A stretch of DNA of 64,000 nt from Verrucomicrobiota bacterium (GTDB taxonomy: Bacteria > Verrucomicrobiota > Verrucomicrobiia > Limisphaerales > UBA11358). Location: positions 11,110-75,109 of the forward strand of contig JBEKHY010000012.1 in assembly GCA_050012035.1 (NCBI GenBank), given 5' to 3'. Shown one piece after another: positions 48,731 to 58,065 of the stretch; the first letter of the stretch is position 1, and every line of letters begins with the position of its first letter. The position numbers and the translations under genes are program-made. Below the pieces are notes generated by a model, which ran no database searches, was not told the origin of the DNA, and worked only from the letters and a program-made list of their open reading frames with translations.

Positions 48731-49732
48731 TTACATTATTTTCAACTTCGGCAAATCCTGCGAATCCACCAAACCTACCGGCTCTTTCTTCACGTTCACC
48801 ACGATCAAATCGTCAATGTTCCGCTCGTTGAAAATTTTCAGCGCCTCGGCGGCCAGCGCGTTTTCGCAAATGCAAATCGGATGGCGCGTCATCACTTTTT
48901 TCAACGGTTTCGCCAGCAGATGTTCGTCCGTGGCCATGTGCCGGCGGAAATCGCCGTCAGTGAACACACCCACCAGCTTGCCGCGCGCATTCACCACGCT
49001 CAAGCTGCCGGATTTGGCATGCGTCATCACCAGCAACGCGTCCTTGACCGGCAGGTTTTCGCCCGCCACCGCGTTGCGTTCGCCGGTGCGCATGATGTCG
49101 CCCACGCGCAACAGCATCGCCCGGCCAATGGCGCCGCTCGGATGCAGTCGCGCGTAATCTTTCTGCTTGAAGCCGCGCGCCTGCAACACCGCCATCGCCA
49201 GGGCGTCGCCCATCACGAGCATGGCCGTGGTGCTGGAGGTCGGCGCCAGGTTGAACGGACAGGCTTCCTTGGGCACGCGCACATTCAGCGCCACGTCACT
49301 GTGCCGGGCCAATGACGATTTAAGGTTCCCGGTCAGCGAAATCATTTTGACGGGAAATCGTTTCAGCGCGGGCAGCAGGTTCAACAATTCCTCCGATTCG
49401 CCGGAATAACTCAACGCCAGAATCACGTCGCCGTCGTTGACGATGCCGAGGTCGCCATGCAAGGCGTCCACGCTGTTGAGCACGATGCTGGTCGAGCCGG
49501 TGCTGGTGAGGGTGGCGGCGATTTTCTGGCCGACGTTCCCCGATTTGCCGATGCCGGCGACAACGACTTTGCCGCGCCGGCCCAACGCTTCGGTAATCAT
49601 CTCCACCGCCCGGCCAAAGGCCGGGTTGAGTTGGGCGCGCACGGCCTTGAGCGCGGCGAGTTCGATATCAAACACTTTGCGGGCTTGGTCAAGATGGCTC
49701 ACACGCCGAGCATGCGCGGAAGCGGCGCGCAT
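48731..49732 (-). CDS. kdsD: arabinose-5-phosphate isomerase (KdsD/KpsF; SIS + 2 CBS)
   Basis: GRRGKVVVAGIGKSGNVGQKIAATLTSTG is the SIS domain. The C-terminus has tandem CBS domains. Confidence 0.9.
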   Translation of the reverse strand: MRAASAHARRVSHLDQARKVFDIELAALKAVRAQLNPAFGRAVEMITEALGRRGKVVVAGIGKSGNVGQKIAATLTSTGSTSIVLNSVDALHGDLGIVNDGDVILALSYSGESEELLNLLPALKRFPVKMISLTGNLKSSLARHSDVALNVRVPKEACPFNLAPTSSTTAMLVMGDALAMAVLQARGFKQKDYARLHPSGAIGRAMLLRVGDIMRTGERNAVAGENLPVKDALLVMTHAKSGSLSVVNARGKLVGVFTDGDFRRHMATDEHLLAKPLKKVMTRHPICICENALAAEALKIFNERNIDDLIVVNVKKEPVGLVDSQDLPKLKIM

Positions 49733-49914
49733 TTCAATTCACTTTTCGGCAGTGGGTCAATTTGGTGGGGCGAGTGTCCTCACGAGCCGGAACTGATAAA
49801 ATTTGTTGTCAAAGTCGGCTCGCCGGGAGTCTCGACCCACCGATCTTGGTTTAGACTGACCAACTACACGCTTTTTCGGCCCGTGAACGCCTATCCCACC
49901 CGATGAAACCGGTT

Positions 49915-50349
49915 TTATTTCGTTTGCGCAAAGAGCATGAGCACGCGCGGGCCCCGTTCAGTCTTCAACGCATACTGCGCCTCCTGTGCGTTGCGCGGGA
50001 TGGCGAGGCCGTTGCATTGCTCATCGCGGACCGGTTTGCCGTCCACCAGCAGCATGTAATGATGCGTGCGGTTAACGGGCATGTCATGCAGCGTCACGTG
50101 CCACGCGCGTTCCGCCTCGTCATAGACCAGCGGCACCTTCTGCCATTTGGTGAACGTGCCCACGACTTCGACCGTGGCGGGTTCGCGCGTCTGGCCGGCG
50201 GGCGAACGCCAGCGAAAAATCTTGGTGAACGTCTGCGGCCGTTCCGACTTGGGCATCCGGACCGCCAGTCGGGTCGGGACATAATGGAAGGTTGAACCGG
50301 GCCCCTGCGGCGGCTTCCGGTCATAGGGATTGCCAGAATCTGGAAACAT
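49915..50349 (-). CDS. small protein with AMPK-beta/CBM48-like glycogen-binding domain
   Basis: ORF 49915..50601. I chose ATG 50349. VEVVGTFTKWQKVPLVYDEAERAWHVTLHDMPVNRTHHYMLLVDGKPVRDE matches the CBM48/E-set pattern. Confidence 0.55.
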   Translation of the reverse strand: MFPDSGNPYDRKPPQGPGSTFHYVPTRLAVRMPKSERPQTFTKIFRWRSPAGQTREPATVEVVGTFTKWQKVPLVYDEAERAWHVTLHDMPVNRTHHYMLLVDGKPVRDEQCNGLAIPRNAQEAQYALKTERGPRVLMLFAQTK

Positions 50350-50443
50350 GCTTTTTTCTTTTGTAAAGGTGTTGAACAAATTTGCCGCCCGGTCCCCCCT
50401 GCGCCGTGCGGGTGTTAAAACGTCATAAATTTTGCGGGTGAGA

Positions 50444-51535
50444 CTATTCCATGTTGGGATACGAGCCGAGGACTTTGACAAAATTGCAATGCTCGCCGAG
50501 AAGCCGGATCGCTTGGGCGACTTTCCGGTCCTGGGCGTGGCCTTCGCAATCAATGAAGAAGAAATATTCCCACGCCTTCCGTTTGCTCGGGCGCGATTCA
50601 ATCTTCGTCATATTGATTTGGTAACGGCGGAAGGCGGCAATCGCCTCGTGCAACGCGCCGGCCTTGTCGGCCACACTGAGCATCAGGCTGGTGCGGTCGT
50701 TGCCGGTGGGCGGACTGCACTGGCGGCCCAGCACGAGGAAGCGCGTGGCGTTGTCGGCGCTGTCCTGGATGTCCTGTTCCAGCACGCGCAGGCCGTATTT
50801 TTCGGCGGCGAGCACGCCGGCGATGGCCGCTGTGGATTTTTCCCTGGCCGCCAGTTCCGCCGAACGCGCGTTCGATGACGTCTCGACAATTTCCACGCCC
50901 GGGAGATGGGTTTGAATCCAGCCGCGGCATTGCGCGAGCGACTGTGGATGCACGTAAAGTTTTCTGATTTGCGCGCGCTTCCCGCCCCGCGGAACCATGA
51001 GACATTGCTGCACGGGCAGAACGATTTGCGAAACGACTTTCAAATCGCTGTCCATGAACATGTCGAGCGTGTGCGTGACGACGCCTTCGGTGGAATTTTC
51101 CACCGGCACCACGCCGTAATCCGCGCTTTTTTTGCTGACCTCGGTGAAAACGTCCGCGATGGTCTTCTGCGGCGAGTATTTCAAACTCGAACCGAACCGT
51201 TGGATGGCCGCCTGATGCGTGAAGGTCGCCTCCGGCCCGAAATAGGCGATGGTCATCGTCTTTTCGAGTGCCAGCGCGCTGGACATGACTTCGCGGTAAA
51301 CCGCGCGGAGTTGGTCATCTGTCATCGGCCCCTGGTTTAGCTCGCAGATGCGTTTGAGCACGGCTTGTTCGCGGTGCGGCGCATAGACCTCCTCGCCGGC
51401 CTTGAGCTTGATGTCGCCGATGGCCAGGACGTGGCGCGTGCGTTCGTTGAGCAGCCGGACGATGTGCGCGTCCAGTTTGTCAATCGCCTTGCGATGTTTG
51501 GAAATGTTCACGCAGAGGAAGAATGCAGAATTCAA
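50444..51535 (-). CDS. pheA: bifunctional chorismate mutase / prephenate dehydratase (P-protein)
   Basis: N-terminal CM_2 (IDKLDAHIVRLLNERTRHVLAIGDIK), a PDT domain (IAYFGPEATFTHQAA...ENSTEGVV) and a C-terminal ACT domain (ESRPSK). Confidence 0.9.
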   Translation of the reverse strand: MNSAFFLCVNISKHRKAIDKLDAHIVRLLNERTRHVLAIGDIKLKAGEEVYAPHREQAVLKRICELNQGPMTDDQLRAVYREVMSSALALEKTMTIAYFGPEATFTHQAAIQRFGSSLKYSPQKTIADVFTEVSKKSADYGVVPVENSTEGVVTHTLDMFMDSDLKVVSQIVLPVQQCLMVPRGGKRAQIRKLYVHPQSLAQCRGWIQTHLPGVEIVETSSNARSAELAAREKSTAAIAGVLAAEKYGLRVLEQDIQDSADNATRFLVLGRQCSPPTGNDRTSLMLSVADKAGALHEAIAAFRRYQINMTKIESRPSKRKAWEYFFFIDCEGHAQDRKVAQAIRLLGEHCNFVKVLGSYPNME

Positions 51536-51591
51536 CAGGAAGAATCAAATCTGTTTCGCGCGTGCAAATGAAAGCTCTAGCGCTTGCCTCC

Positions 51592-52527
51592 TCATCTTCC
51601 ATGACATTTCTTAAATTTCAGCCCGCTTCCGCACGGACATTTATCATTTCTTCCCACGCGTTTAGCATTTTCTTTCACCCTTTCATGATCTGACAAGTCA
51701 GCCACTATTGATTTCATAAAATCCGAACCTTCAAGTTCCTCCCATTTGGATTCGATATTTTTTGCGATAGATTTTGTTTGTTTCTGACTGAATCCAGATT
51801 CAATCATTTTATCCACTTCGCGCGTTCGATCCACAAGCCACCCGCCCACTGCAACATCTTCAATTATCTGCGGTGGTTCTAAAAAGCCTGAACCGAAGTT
51901 TATCCTTGTTCCTTTCCAAGTGTTTTCATCATACGGATTCAAAATTGCCGCGCAAAGGAAACGAGCGAATTTAGCAACAACATAAACTCGGGTGCCTCTC
52001 TTAAACAAAGAAGCCGCAATTCCCCTAGTCGCAAAAAAATTTGCATACGTTGTTCCAGGAGGATTCTGATTCATGGTGTCCAAGATGAACAAATGGAGAT
52101 GAGAAATTTTTGGCGTTTCAAAGTTAATCAAGAATTTGCGCCATTCAAATTCAGCCTCTTCAACTAGATTCAAATAACCACAGGTGTCTGCCTTAGCTTT
52201 TGGCAAATGGACATGAAGAACTCGCCAGCAAATCGATACCAAAAAATAGGCTAGTCGTTCGTCATAATTGATGCGGCTGAAGAAACCATTAAGCGTTGGA
52301 CGGAAAAATGTTGATGCGAAATATTCCTCGCGTTTGGAAAAATGCTGCTCGCACGAGTCGCATAAAAGTGGAATTATTTGGCCGTCTTGCTGACGAACAT
52401 TTGGGTTTTCAGAGAAACGTAGGTAACCCGGTCCGGTTTCTTTCATCCAGCGAATCACGAAATCTGGAAAGATATGGCTCTTTCTGAGCTCTGCTATTTT
52501 ACCGCACAACTTGCACAAATCTTTCAC
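51592..52527 (-). CDS. HNH-like zinc-ribbon protein with C-terminal SEC-C motif, on a low-GC insert
   Basis: N-terminus CKLCGK..SHIFP..ENPN..CDSCEQH follows the pattern CxxC...H-hydrophobic-x-P...N...CxxCxxH. The C-terminus CPCGSGLKFKKCHG is a SEC-C metal-binding motif. Hand counts of two 100-nt samples give about 42-43% GC, against about 60% in the flanks. Confidence 0.7.
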   Translation of the reverse strand: MKDLCKLCGKIAELRKSHIFPDFVIRWMKETGPGYLRFSENPNVRQQDGQIIPLLCDSCEQHFSKREEYFASTFFRPTLNGFFSRINYDERLAYFLVSICWRVLHVHLPKAKADTCGYLNLVEEAEFEWRKFLINFETPKISHLHLFILDTMNQNPPGTTYANFFATRGIAASLFKRGTRVYVVAKFARFLCAAILNPYDENTWKGTRINFGSGFLEPPQIIEDVAVGGWLVDRTREVDKMIESGFSQKQTKSIAKNIESKWEELEGSDFMKSIVADLSDHERVKENAKRVGRNDKCPCGSGLKFKKCHGR

Positions 52528-52537
52528 TGCGTTTTTC

Positions 52538-53257
52538 CTATTCCGCTTTTTGACTTTCGCCTTCTTTATTTTCCAACGCCAACTGCTCCGGCGGATTTAT
52601 GGCCAAACCGGGTTCGGCCGTGACGGGTGCGGGCGGTTTTTCGACCACAATTTTCCTGAGTTCATCCCCCGCGGGCAAATCTCCCAGACCGCGCAGGCCG
52701 AAGTATTCAAGGAACAGCGCCGTGGTGCCGTAAGTCGGCGGACGACCGACCACCTCGGCGCGGCCGACGGCCTCGGCCAAACCGCGTTCCATGAGCGTTT
52801 GCATGACGCCGTCCACGTTCACGCCGCGAATCTGCTCGATCTCGGCGCGCGTAATCGGCTGGCGATAGGCGATGATGGCCAGCGTTTCCAGCGCGGGCTG
52901 CGAGAGGCGCGGCGGACGGATTTTTTGTCCGACGAGCGCCTTGAGCCACGGCGCAAATTCCGGTTGCGTGACGAATTGCCACGCGCCCGCGACGCACGCG
53001 AGGCGATAACTGCGCGCGGCGGTTTCGTGCTCGCGCGCCAGTTGTTCCAGCGCGGCGGACAATTCGCCTTCCTTGATTTTGGCGAGCGATTTGGCGGTGG
53101 CGTCGGCGTCCTCCGCTTCGGCGGCAGCAGCCAGCACGTCGCGAAGCTCCTTCACGTTGAGCGGTTTTTGCGCGGAGAACAGGAGCGATTCCAGAATGAA
53201 TTTCAATTCCATGTTAAAACGGTGGCTGAGGTTATGCGATTCGGTCAAAGCGGTCAA
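52538..53257 (-). CDS. scpB: segregation and condensation protein B
   Basis: LKFILESLLFSAQKPLNVKELRDVL...ALETLAIIAYRQPITRAEIEQIRGVNVDGVMQTLMERGL has the tandem winged-helix pattern of ScpB. Confidence 0.9.
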   Translation of the reverse strand: MTALTESHNLSHRFNMELKFILESLLFSAQKPLNVKELRDVLAAAAEAEDADATAKSLAKIKEGELSAALEQLAREHETAARSYRLACVAGAWQFVTQPEFAPWLKALVGQKIRPPRLSQPALETLAIIAYRQPITRAEIEQIRGVNVDGVMQTLMERGLAEAVGRAEVVGRPPTYGTTALFLEYFGLRGLGDLPAGDELRKIVVEKPPAPVTAEPGLAINPPEQLALENKEGESQKAE

Positions 53258-53292
53258 CGAGCGAGCCGATATGTTAGAGTTTCAGTATGTAA

Positions 53293-53346
53293 GGCAGGGT
53301 CATTGCGCCGCGATGACCGACGGACGCCTCGGCGAGGCGTCCCCAC
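53293..53346. repeat. GC-rich REP-like double hairpin
   Basis: GGTCAT-TGCGCCGCG-ATGACC (53298-53318) and GGACGCCTC-GGC-GAGGCGTCC (53322-53342), flanked by GGCAGGG...CCCCACC. Confidence 0.7.
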
Positions 53347-53447
53347 CAAATCAAAACGATCCCGCCAAACCTGCCAAAACTCATCCTTGAACAAGCCGAA
53401 CATTGATGATTGAATGAAATATCAACCCAACTTGTAAGCGGGAATTT

Positions 53448-54617
53448 ATGAAATTAAAGACGTTCGCCGCGCTTGCCTCATTAACGGGAATTTTCATTTT
53501 CCAATCCGAAGCCCAATCCAATCTCTCCCCGGTGATTGCCACGAACTGGGTAACGGCCGTGCCGTATTTTCGGGAGGTGAACGGCCAGCTTTACAACACC
53601 GAACGCAGTGTTTTATGGACAAATTTTCAGGGCGACATCCTGAAAGTTTTGACCGACGAAATCGTGGTTTCAACATTCACCATGGAACCGGTATATAAAA
53701 CAGAGCCGGTCAAAATACCGATCTATAACAATTTGGGGGTAACTACGGGCTACCGGTTGGTTCGCACACAAGTTCAGACCGGCGAAAAGAAAGTTCGCGG
53801 CAGAAAAATCGTTCTCAGTCATTACCCGGCCAATCTTGCACCCGCTGTAGGCCAAACCGTTTCATTCCGCGCCATGCGGGTCGGAACGTCAATTTATAAA
53901 GGCGACGTGCTTGAACTCTGGGACTATGGAACGCCGCATGTCATGATGGTGGTCAGCACAAATTCCGGGCCGCCGGCTGCGAAGACTGTGACTGCCGGCG
54001 TCACTAACTCGATTGCTTTTGGGGGACTGTTAAACGAAGACCAGCGCCTGGTGATGCAATGGACCCGCAACCATTCCGGGAGGTTTTCCGACACGCGCAC
54101 GTTTGACGGTTGGTCGAGCGAAGAACGCGCCAATCTGGAAAGGCGTTTGATTGACGCGCTCAAGGGGCCGCAGACAGATGAGTATTACCAGGCTATCAAC
54201 ACGCTGGGTGCCTTGCACTCGACCAAGGCATTGCCGGCGCTGCGCGAAATCGCCTTTGATCACCGGGAAAAAAATAATCGCGGCCGATGGATGGCCATTC
54301 GAACGCTCGGTGCTATCGGGGACAAGCAGTCTGTGCCCGAACTGATCCACCTGCTTTACCATTACAACGGGGATGTGCGCTGGTGGGCGCAAATTTCTCT
54401 GGTGCAATTGACCGGGCAGAATTTTGGCGGGGACTGGAATGCGTGGGGTAATTGGTGGAATGCGCAAAAGGGACGACCGCCGTTTGATCCGAAGATTGTT
54501 CGCTGGTCGGACAGCCAGCCTGAACCGGACAAGCTGGCGGAGAAGCTTGGCGAAAAGGACAGGATATTTCTCGCCCGGCTCAAGTCTCACGGCGCGTCGC
54601 CTGTCGGGGGCAACTGA
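53448..54617 (+). CDS. exported HEAT-repeat protein
   Basis: Signal peptide. The C-terminal half has PBS-lyase/HEAT-like repeats (ALPALREIAFD...RWMAIRTLGAIGDKQSVPELIHLL...DVRWWAQISLVQL). GC is somewhat below that of the neighbours. Confidence 0.6.
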   Translation: MKLKTFAALASLTGIFIFQSEAQSNLSPVIATNWVTAVPYFREVNGQLYNTERSVLWTNFQGDILKVLTDEIVVSTFTMEPVYKTEPVKIPIYNNLGVTTGYRLVRTQVQTGEKKVRGRKIVLSHYPANLAPAVGQTVSFRAMRVGTSIYKGDVLELWDYGTPHVMMVVSTNSGPPAAKTVTAGVTNSIAFGGLLNEDQRLVMQWTRNHSGRFSDTRTFDGWSSEERANLERRLIDALKGPQTDEYYQAINTLGALHSTKALPALREIAFDHREKNNRGRWMAIRTLGAIGDKQSVPELIHLLYHYNGDVRWWAQISLVQLTGQNFGGDWNAWGNWWNAQKGRPPFDPKIVRWSDSQPEPDKLAEKLGEKDRIFLARLKSHGASPVGGN

Positions 54618-54675
54618 TTTTTGAGCCGGTTGCGGAACGACCACTGATGGTAGCCGGGGTTTTCTAATCCCGGAT

Positions 54676-57600
54676 TCAAGTCCCCGATTTATCACCGTCG
54701 CGGAGCGACGATTGAGATAACGACCTTGCCCGCCATAGATAAAAAACCGCCGGATAAACAATCAGTTCCATGACCACCGAGGTTACAACACCGCCGACCA
54801 TCGGCGTGGCGATGCGTTTCATCACGTCCGCGCCGGTGCCGTGGCTCCACAGAATTGGCGCCAGGCCGGCAATGATGACGCACGCGGTCATGACCTTGGG
54901 CCGGACGCGCTTGACCGCGCCGTGGTAAATCGCGTCCCGCAGGTCGCCGAGCGTACGCAATCGGCCGTCACGTTTCCATTCGTCATAAGCGAGGTTGAGA
55001 TAAAGCAACATGACGACGCCGGTTTCCGCGCTCACGCCGGCCAGCGCAATCAGTCCAATCCAGACCGCCACACTCAGGTTGTAACCGTTGAGGTAGAGCA
55101 TCCAGAACGAACCCACCAACGCCAGCGGCACCGACAACAGGATGATGGCCGTGGCCACCGCCGAGCGCGTGTTCAGATAGACGATCAAAATGATGATGAG
55201 CAGCGTCAGCGGCACGACCATCATCAGGCGTTGCTGGGCGCGCAGCATATATTCGTATTGGCCGCTCCAGAAAAGGTTGTAGCCCGGCGGCAACTTGATT
55301 TCGCCTTTGGCGATGGCCTCGTTCACGGCATGCATGGCCATTTGCACGTAAGTACCCACGTCAATGCCCTGGATGTCCACATAGACCCAGTCTTCCGGCA
55401 CGGCGCCTTCGGTTTTGATGGACATCGGACCGTCCACGACTTTGATGCTGGCGAGCTGGCCGAGCGGAATCTGCGCCCCGGTCGGCGTGGGTATGACGAT
55501 ATCGTGTTTGAGCGCGTGCAAGTCGGAACGGAAATCGCGGTCGTAACGTAAATTGATGGTGTAGCGCTGCAGCCCTTCGACGGTGGTCGTGAGTGGCATG
55601 CCGCCCAGCGCGACGGACAGCACGTCCTGCACGTCGCCGATGGTCAGGCCGTAACGCGCGATGGCGTCGCGGTCAATTTCAAATTCAATGTAGTGCCCGC
55701 CCATCACGCGCTCGGCAAAGACGCTGGTGGTGTGCGGCACTTCCCGGACCACGCCTTCCACCTTCTCGCCGATGCGCTGCAAAGTGGCCAGGTCCGGCCC
55801 GGCGATTTTGATGCCGACCGGCGTTTTGATGCCCGTGGACAGCATGTCAATGCGGGTCCGGATGGGCATGGTCCAGGCGTTGTTAAGCCCGGGTATCTGT
55901 ACGGCGGCGTTCAGCGCGTCCACCAGTTCATCCGGCGTGCGGCGGCGATACGCAACGACGCGGCCATTGTCGTCCTTGATGTCCACCGCCGGCCATTCCG
56001 ATTCAGGCTTCAACTGAATGGTAGTTTCAATCATGTCCATGGGCGCCGGGTCGGTGGCGGTTTCGGCGCGGCCAGCCTTGCCGAACACCGTTTTCACCTC
56101 GGGAAAACTTTTGATGATGCGGTCGGTGATCTGGAGAATCTGCCGCGCCTTGGTGGGTGAGATGCCGGGGAACGTCGTGGGCATGTACAGCAAATCGCCT
56201 TCGTAGAGGGGTGGCATGAATTCCGAGCCGATGTTTTGGTACGGGAACAGTTTGCCGATTGCTTCGGCAAAACTTCTGAGTTTGGCAGGGCCGACCTGCC
56301 GGTCGGCTTGGACGCGCGGCAGCGTGTCCGTCCCGGGCAGATTATCCACCACCAGCCGGTTCCACGGAAAGAAGACCCAAACCACAATCAAAACGGCGGT
56401 GATGACAACGGTCCAACGCCGTTTGATGACCCAATCAATCACCGGGTGATAAAGCCAGATGAGGAATCGGTTGATGGGATTCTTTTCCTCCTTCGGAATT
56501 TTTCCGCGGATGAACCAGCCCATCAGCACCGGCGCCAACGTGATGGACAACACCGCCGCCGCCGCCATGGAATACGTTTTGGTAAATGCCAGCGGTTTGA
56601 ACAGCCGGCCTTCCTGTTCCTGCAACGTGAACACCGGCAGGAACGAAACCGTGATGACCAGCAGCGAATAGAACAGCGCCGGCCCGACTTCGATGGCCGC
56701 ATCCCGGATGATTTCCCAATGCGATTTTTTGCCCTGGTCACGTTCCAGGTGTTTGTGGGCGTTTTCAATCATGATGATAACCGCGTCCACCATCGCGCCG
56801 ATGGCGATGGCGATGCCGCCGAGTGACATGATATTCGAGCTGAGGCCCTGGCCGAACATGATGAGAAATGAAGTCAACACCGCGAGCGGCAGGATGACGA
56901 TGGCCACCAGCGCGCTGCGCAGGTGCAGCAGGAAGGCGAGGCAGACCAGCGCCACCACGAGGCTTTCTTCGACCAGTTTTTCTTCGAGCGTGGCCACTGC
57001 GCGGTCAATCAACGCAGTGCGGTCATAGACGACAGTGGCTTTCACATCCGGCGGCAGCGCCTTCATCGCCTGATCCAGCCGCTGTTTCACATCCTGAATC
57101 ACCTGGTAAGCGTTCGCGCCGTAACGGATCACGACGATGCCGCCGACGGTTTCGCCGTTGCCGTTCAAATCGGCGATGCCGCGGCGTTCATCGGGGCCGA
57201 ACTGGACGTTCGCCACGTCCCGCAACAAAATCGGCACACCATCCTTGCCGACGCCCACGGCGACTTTTTTCAAATCATCCAGATTTTGAATGTAGCCTTT
57301 GATGCGCAGGATGAATTCGGTTTCCGCCAGTTCAATGGAACGGCCGCCGACTTCGCCATTGCTGCGTTCAACGGCCCGGCTGACATCCTGGAGGGAAAGG
57401 TTGTAGGCGCGCAATTTCATCGGATCCACCGTGACCTGATATTGCTTCACGAAGCCGCCGATGGACGCGACCTCCGAGACGCCCGGCACGGCGGTGAGTT
57501 GGTACTTCAAAAACCAGTCCTGAATGGAATGCAGGTCGGCGAGGTCGCGGTTGGTGGAATTGATGGAATACATGAACGCCCAGCCGACGCCGGTGGCGTC

Positions 57601-57993
57601 CGGGCCGAGCGTGGGCGTCACGCCGCGCGGCAGTTGGCCGCTCAAACTGCTGAGATATTCGAGCACGCGGCTGCGCGCCCAGTAAGGATCCGTGCCGTCT
57701 TCGAAAATCACATAAACGAACGAGTAGCCGTAAAACGAATAACCGCGCACCACTTTCGCGCGCGGCACGGAAAGCATCTTGGTCGTGATGGGATAAGTGA
57801 CCTGATCTTCGACGATGTTCGGCGCTTGGCCTGCCCACGGCGTGTAGATGATGACCTGCGTGTCCGAAAGGTCGGGGATGGCGTCGAGCGGAATGTTTTT
57901 GATGGAGTAAATACCGCCGAGCACCAGCGCCGCCGTCACCAGCAACACGATGAACTTGTTCTTCAGCGAAAAATCGATGACGCGTTGGAGCAT
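54676..57993 (-). CDS. heavy-metal efflux RND transporter, CusA/CzcA family
   Basis: 1105 aa. MLQRVIDFSLKNKFIVLLVTAALVLGGIYSIKNIPLDAIPDLSDTQVIIYT is the classic HME-RND N-terminus, with a 12-TM architecture. Confidence 0.92.
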   Translation of the reverse strand: MLQRVIDFSLKNKFIVLLVTAALVLGGIYSIKNIPLDAIPDLSDTQVIIYTPWAGQAPNIVEDQVTYPITTKMLSVPRAKVVRGYSFYGYSFVYVIFEDGTDPYWARSRVLEYLSSLSGQLPRGVTPTLGPDATGVGWAFMYSINSTNRDLADLHSIQDWFLKYQLTAVPGVSEVASIGGFVKQYQVTVDPMKLRAYNLSLQDVSRAVERSNGEVGGRSIELAETEFILRIKGYIQNLDDLKKVAVGVGKDGVPILLRDVANVQFGPDERRGIADLNGNGETVGGIVVIRYGANAYQVIQDVKQRLDQAMKALPPDVKATVVYDRTALIDRAVATLEEKLVEESLVVALVCLAFLLHLRSALVAIVILPLAVLTSFLIMFGQGLSSNIMSLGGIAIAIGAMVDAVIIMIENAHKHLERDQGKKSHWEIIRDAAIEVGPALFYSLLVITVSFLPVFTLQEQEGRLFKPLAFTKTYSMAAAAVLSITLAPVLMGWFIRGKIPKEEKNPINRFLIWLYHPVIDWVIKRRWTVVITAVLIVVWVFFPWNRLVVDNLPGTDTLPRVQADRQVGPAKLRSFAEAIGKLFPYQNIGSEFMPPLYEGDLLYMPTTFPGISPTKARQILQITDRIIKSFPEVKTVFGKAGRAETATDPAPMDMIETTIQLKPESEWPAVDIKDDNGRVVAYRRRTPDELVDALNAAVQIPGLNNAWTMPIRTRIDMLSTGIKTPVGIKIAGPDLATLQRIGEKVEGVVREVPHTTSVFAERVMGGHYIEFEIDRDAIARYGLTIGDVQDVLSVALGGMPLTTTVEGLQRYTINLRYDRDFRSDLHALKHDIVIPTPTGAQIPLGQLASIKVVDGPMSIKTEGAVPEDWVYVDIQGIDVGTYVQMAMHAVNEAIAKGEIKLPPGYNLFWSGQYEYMLRAQQRLMMVVPLTLLIIILIVYLNTRSAVATAIILLSVPLALVGSFWMLYLNGYNLSVAVWIGLIALAGVSAETGVVMLLYLNLAYDEWKRDGRLRTLGDLRDAIYHGAVKRVRPKVMTACVIIAGLAPILWSHGTGADVMKRIATPMVGGVVTSVVMELIVYPAVFYLWRARSLSQSSLRDGDKSGT

Positions 57994-58003
57994 GTTTTAA
58001 TTT

Positions 58004-58062
58004 GGCAGGGACGCGCTGCCGCGCGTCCAGAATTACGGCGGTGCAGCAGCGCCGCCCTACCG
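58004..58062. repeat. GC-rich REP-like double hairpin between RND and adaptor genes
   Basis: GGACGCGC-TGCC-GCGCGTCC (58009-58028) and GGCGGTGC-AGCA-GCGCCGCC (58037-58056), flanked by GGCAGGG...CCCTACC. Confidence 0.75.
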
Positions 58063-58065
58063 GGT

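Noticed and set aside
49821-49875. tRNA-like stretch on the minus strand (TTGGT-CAGTCTAA-ACCAA stem-loop followed by GTGGGTCGAGACTCCCGG).
   Set aside because: It has an 8-nt loop, no TTC T-loop, and no acceptor or D arms. I treat it as chance or as an extremely decayed relic.
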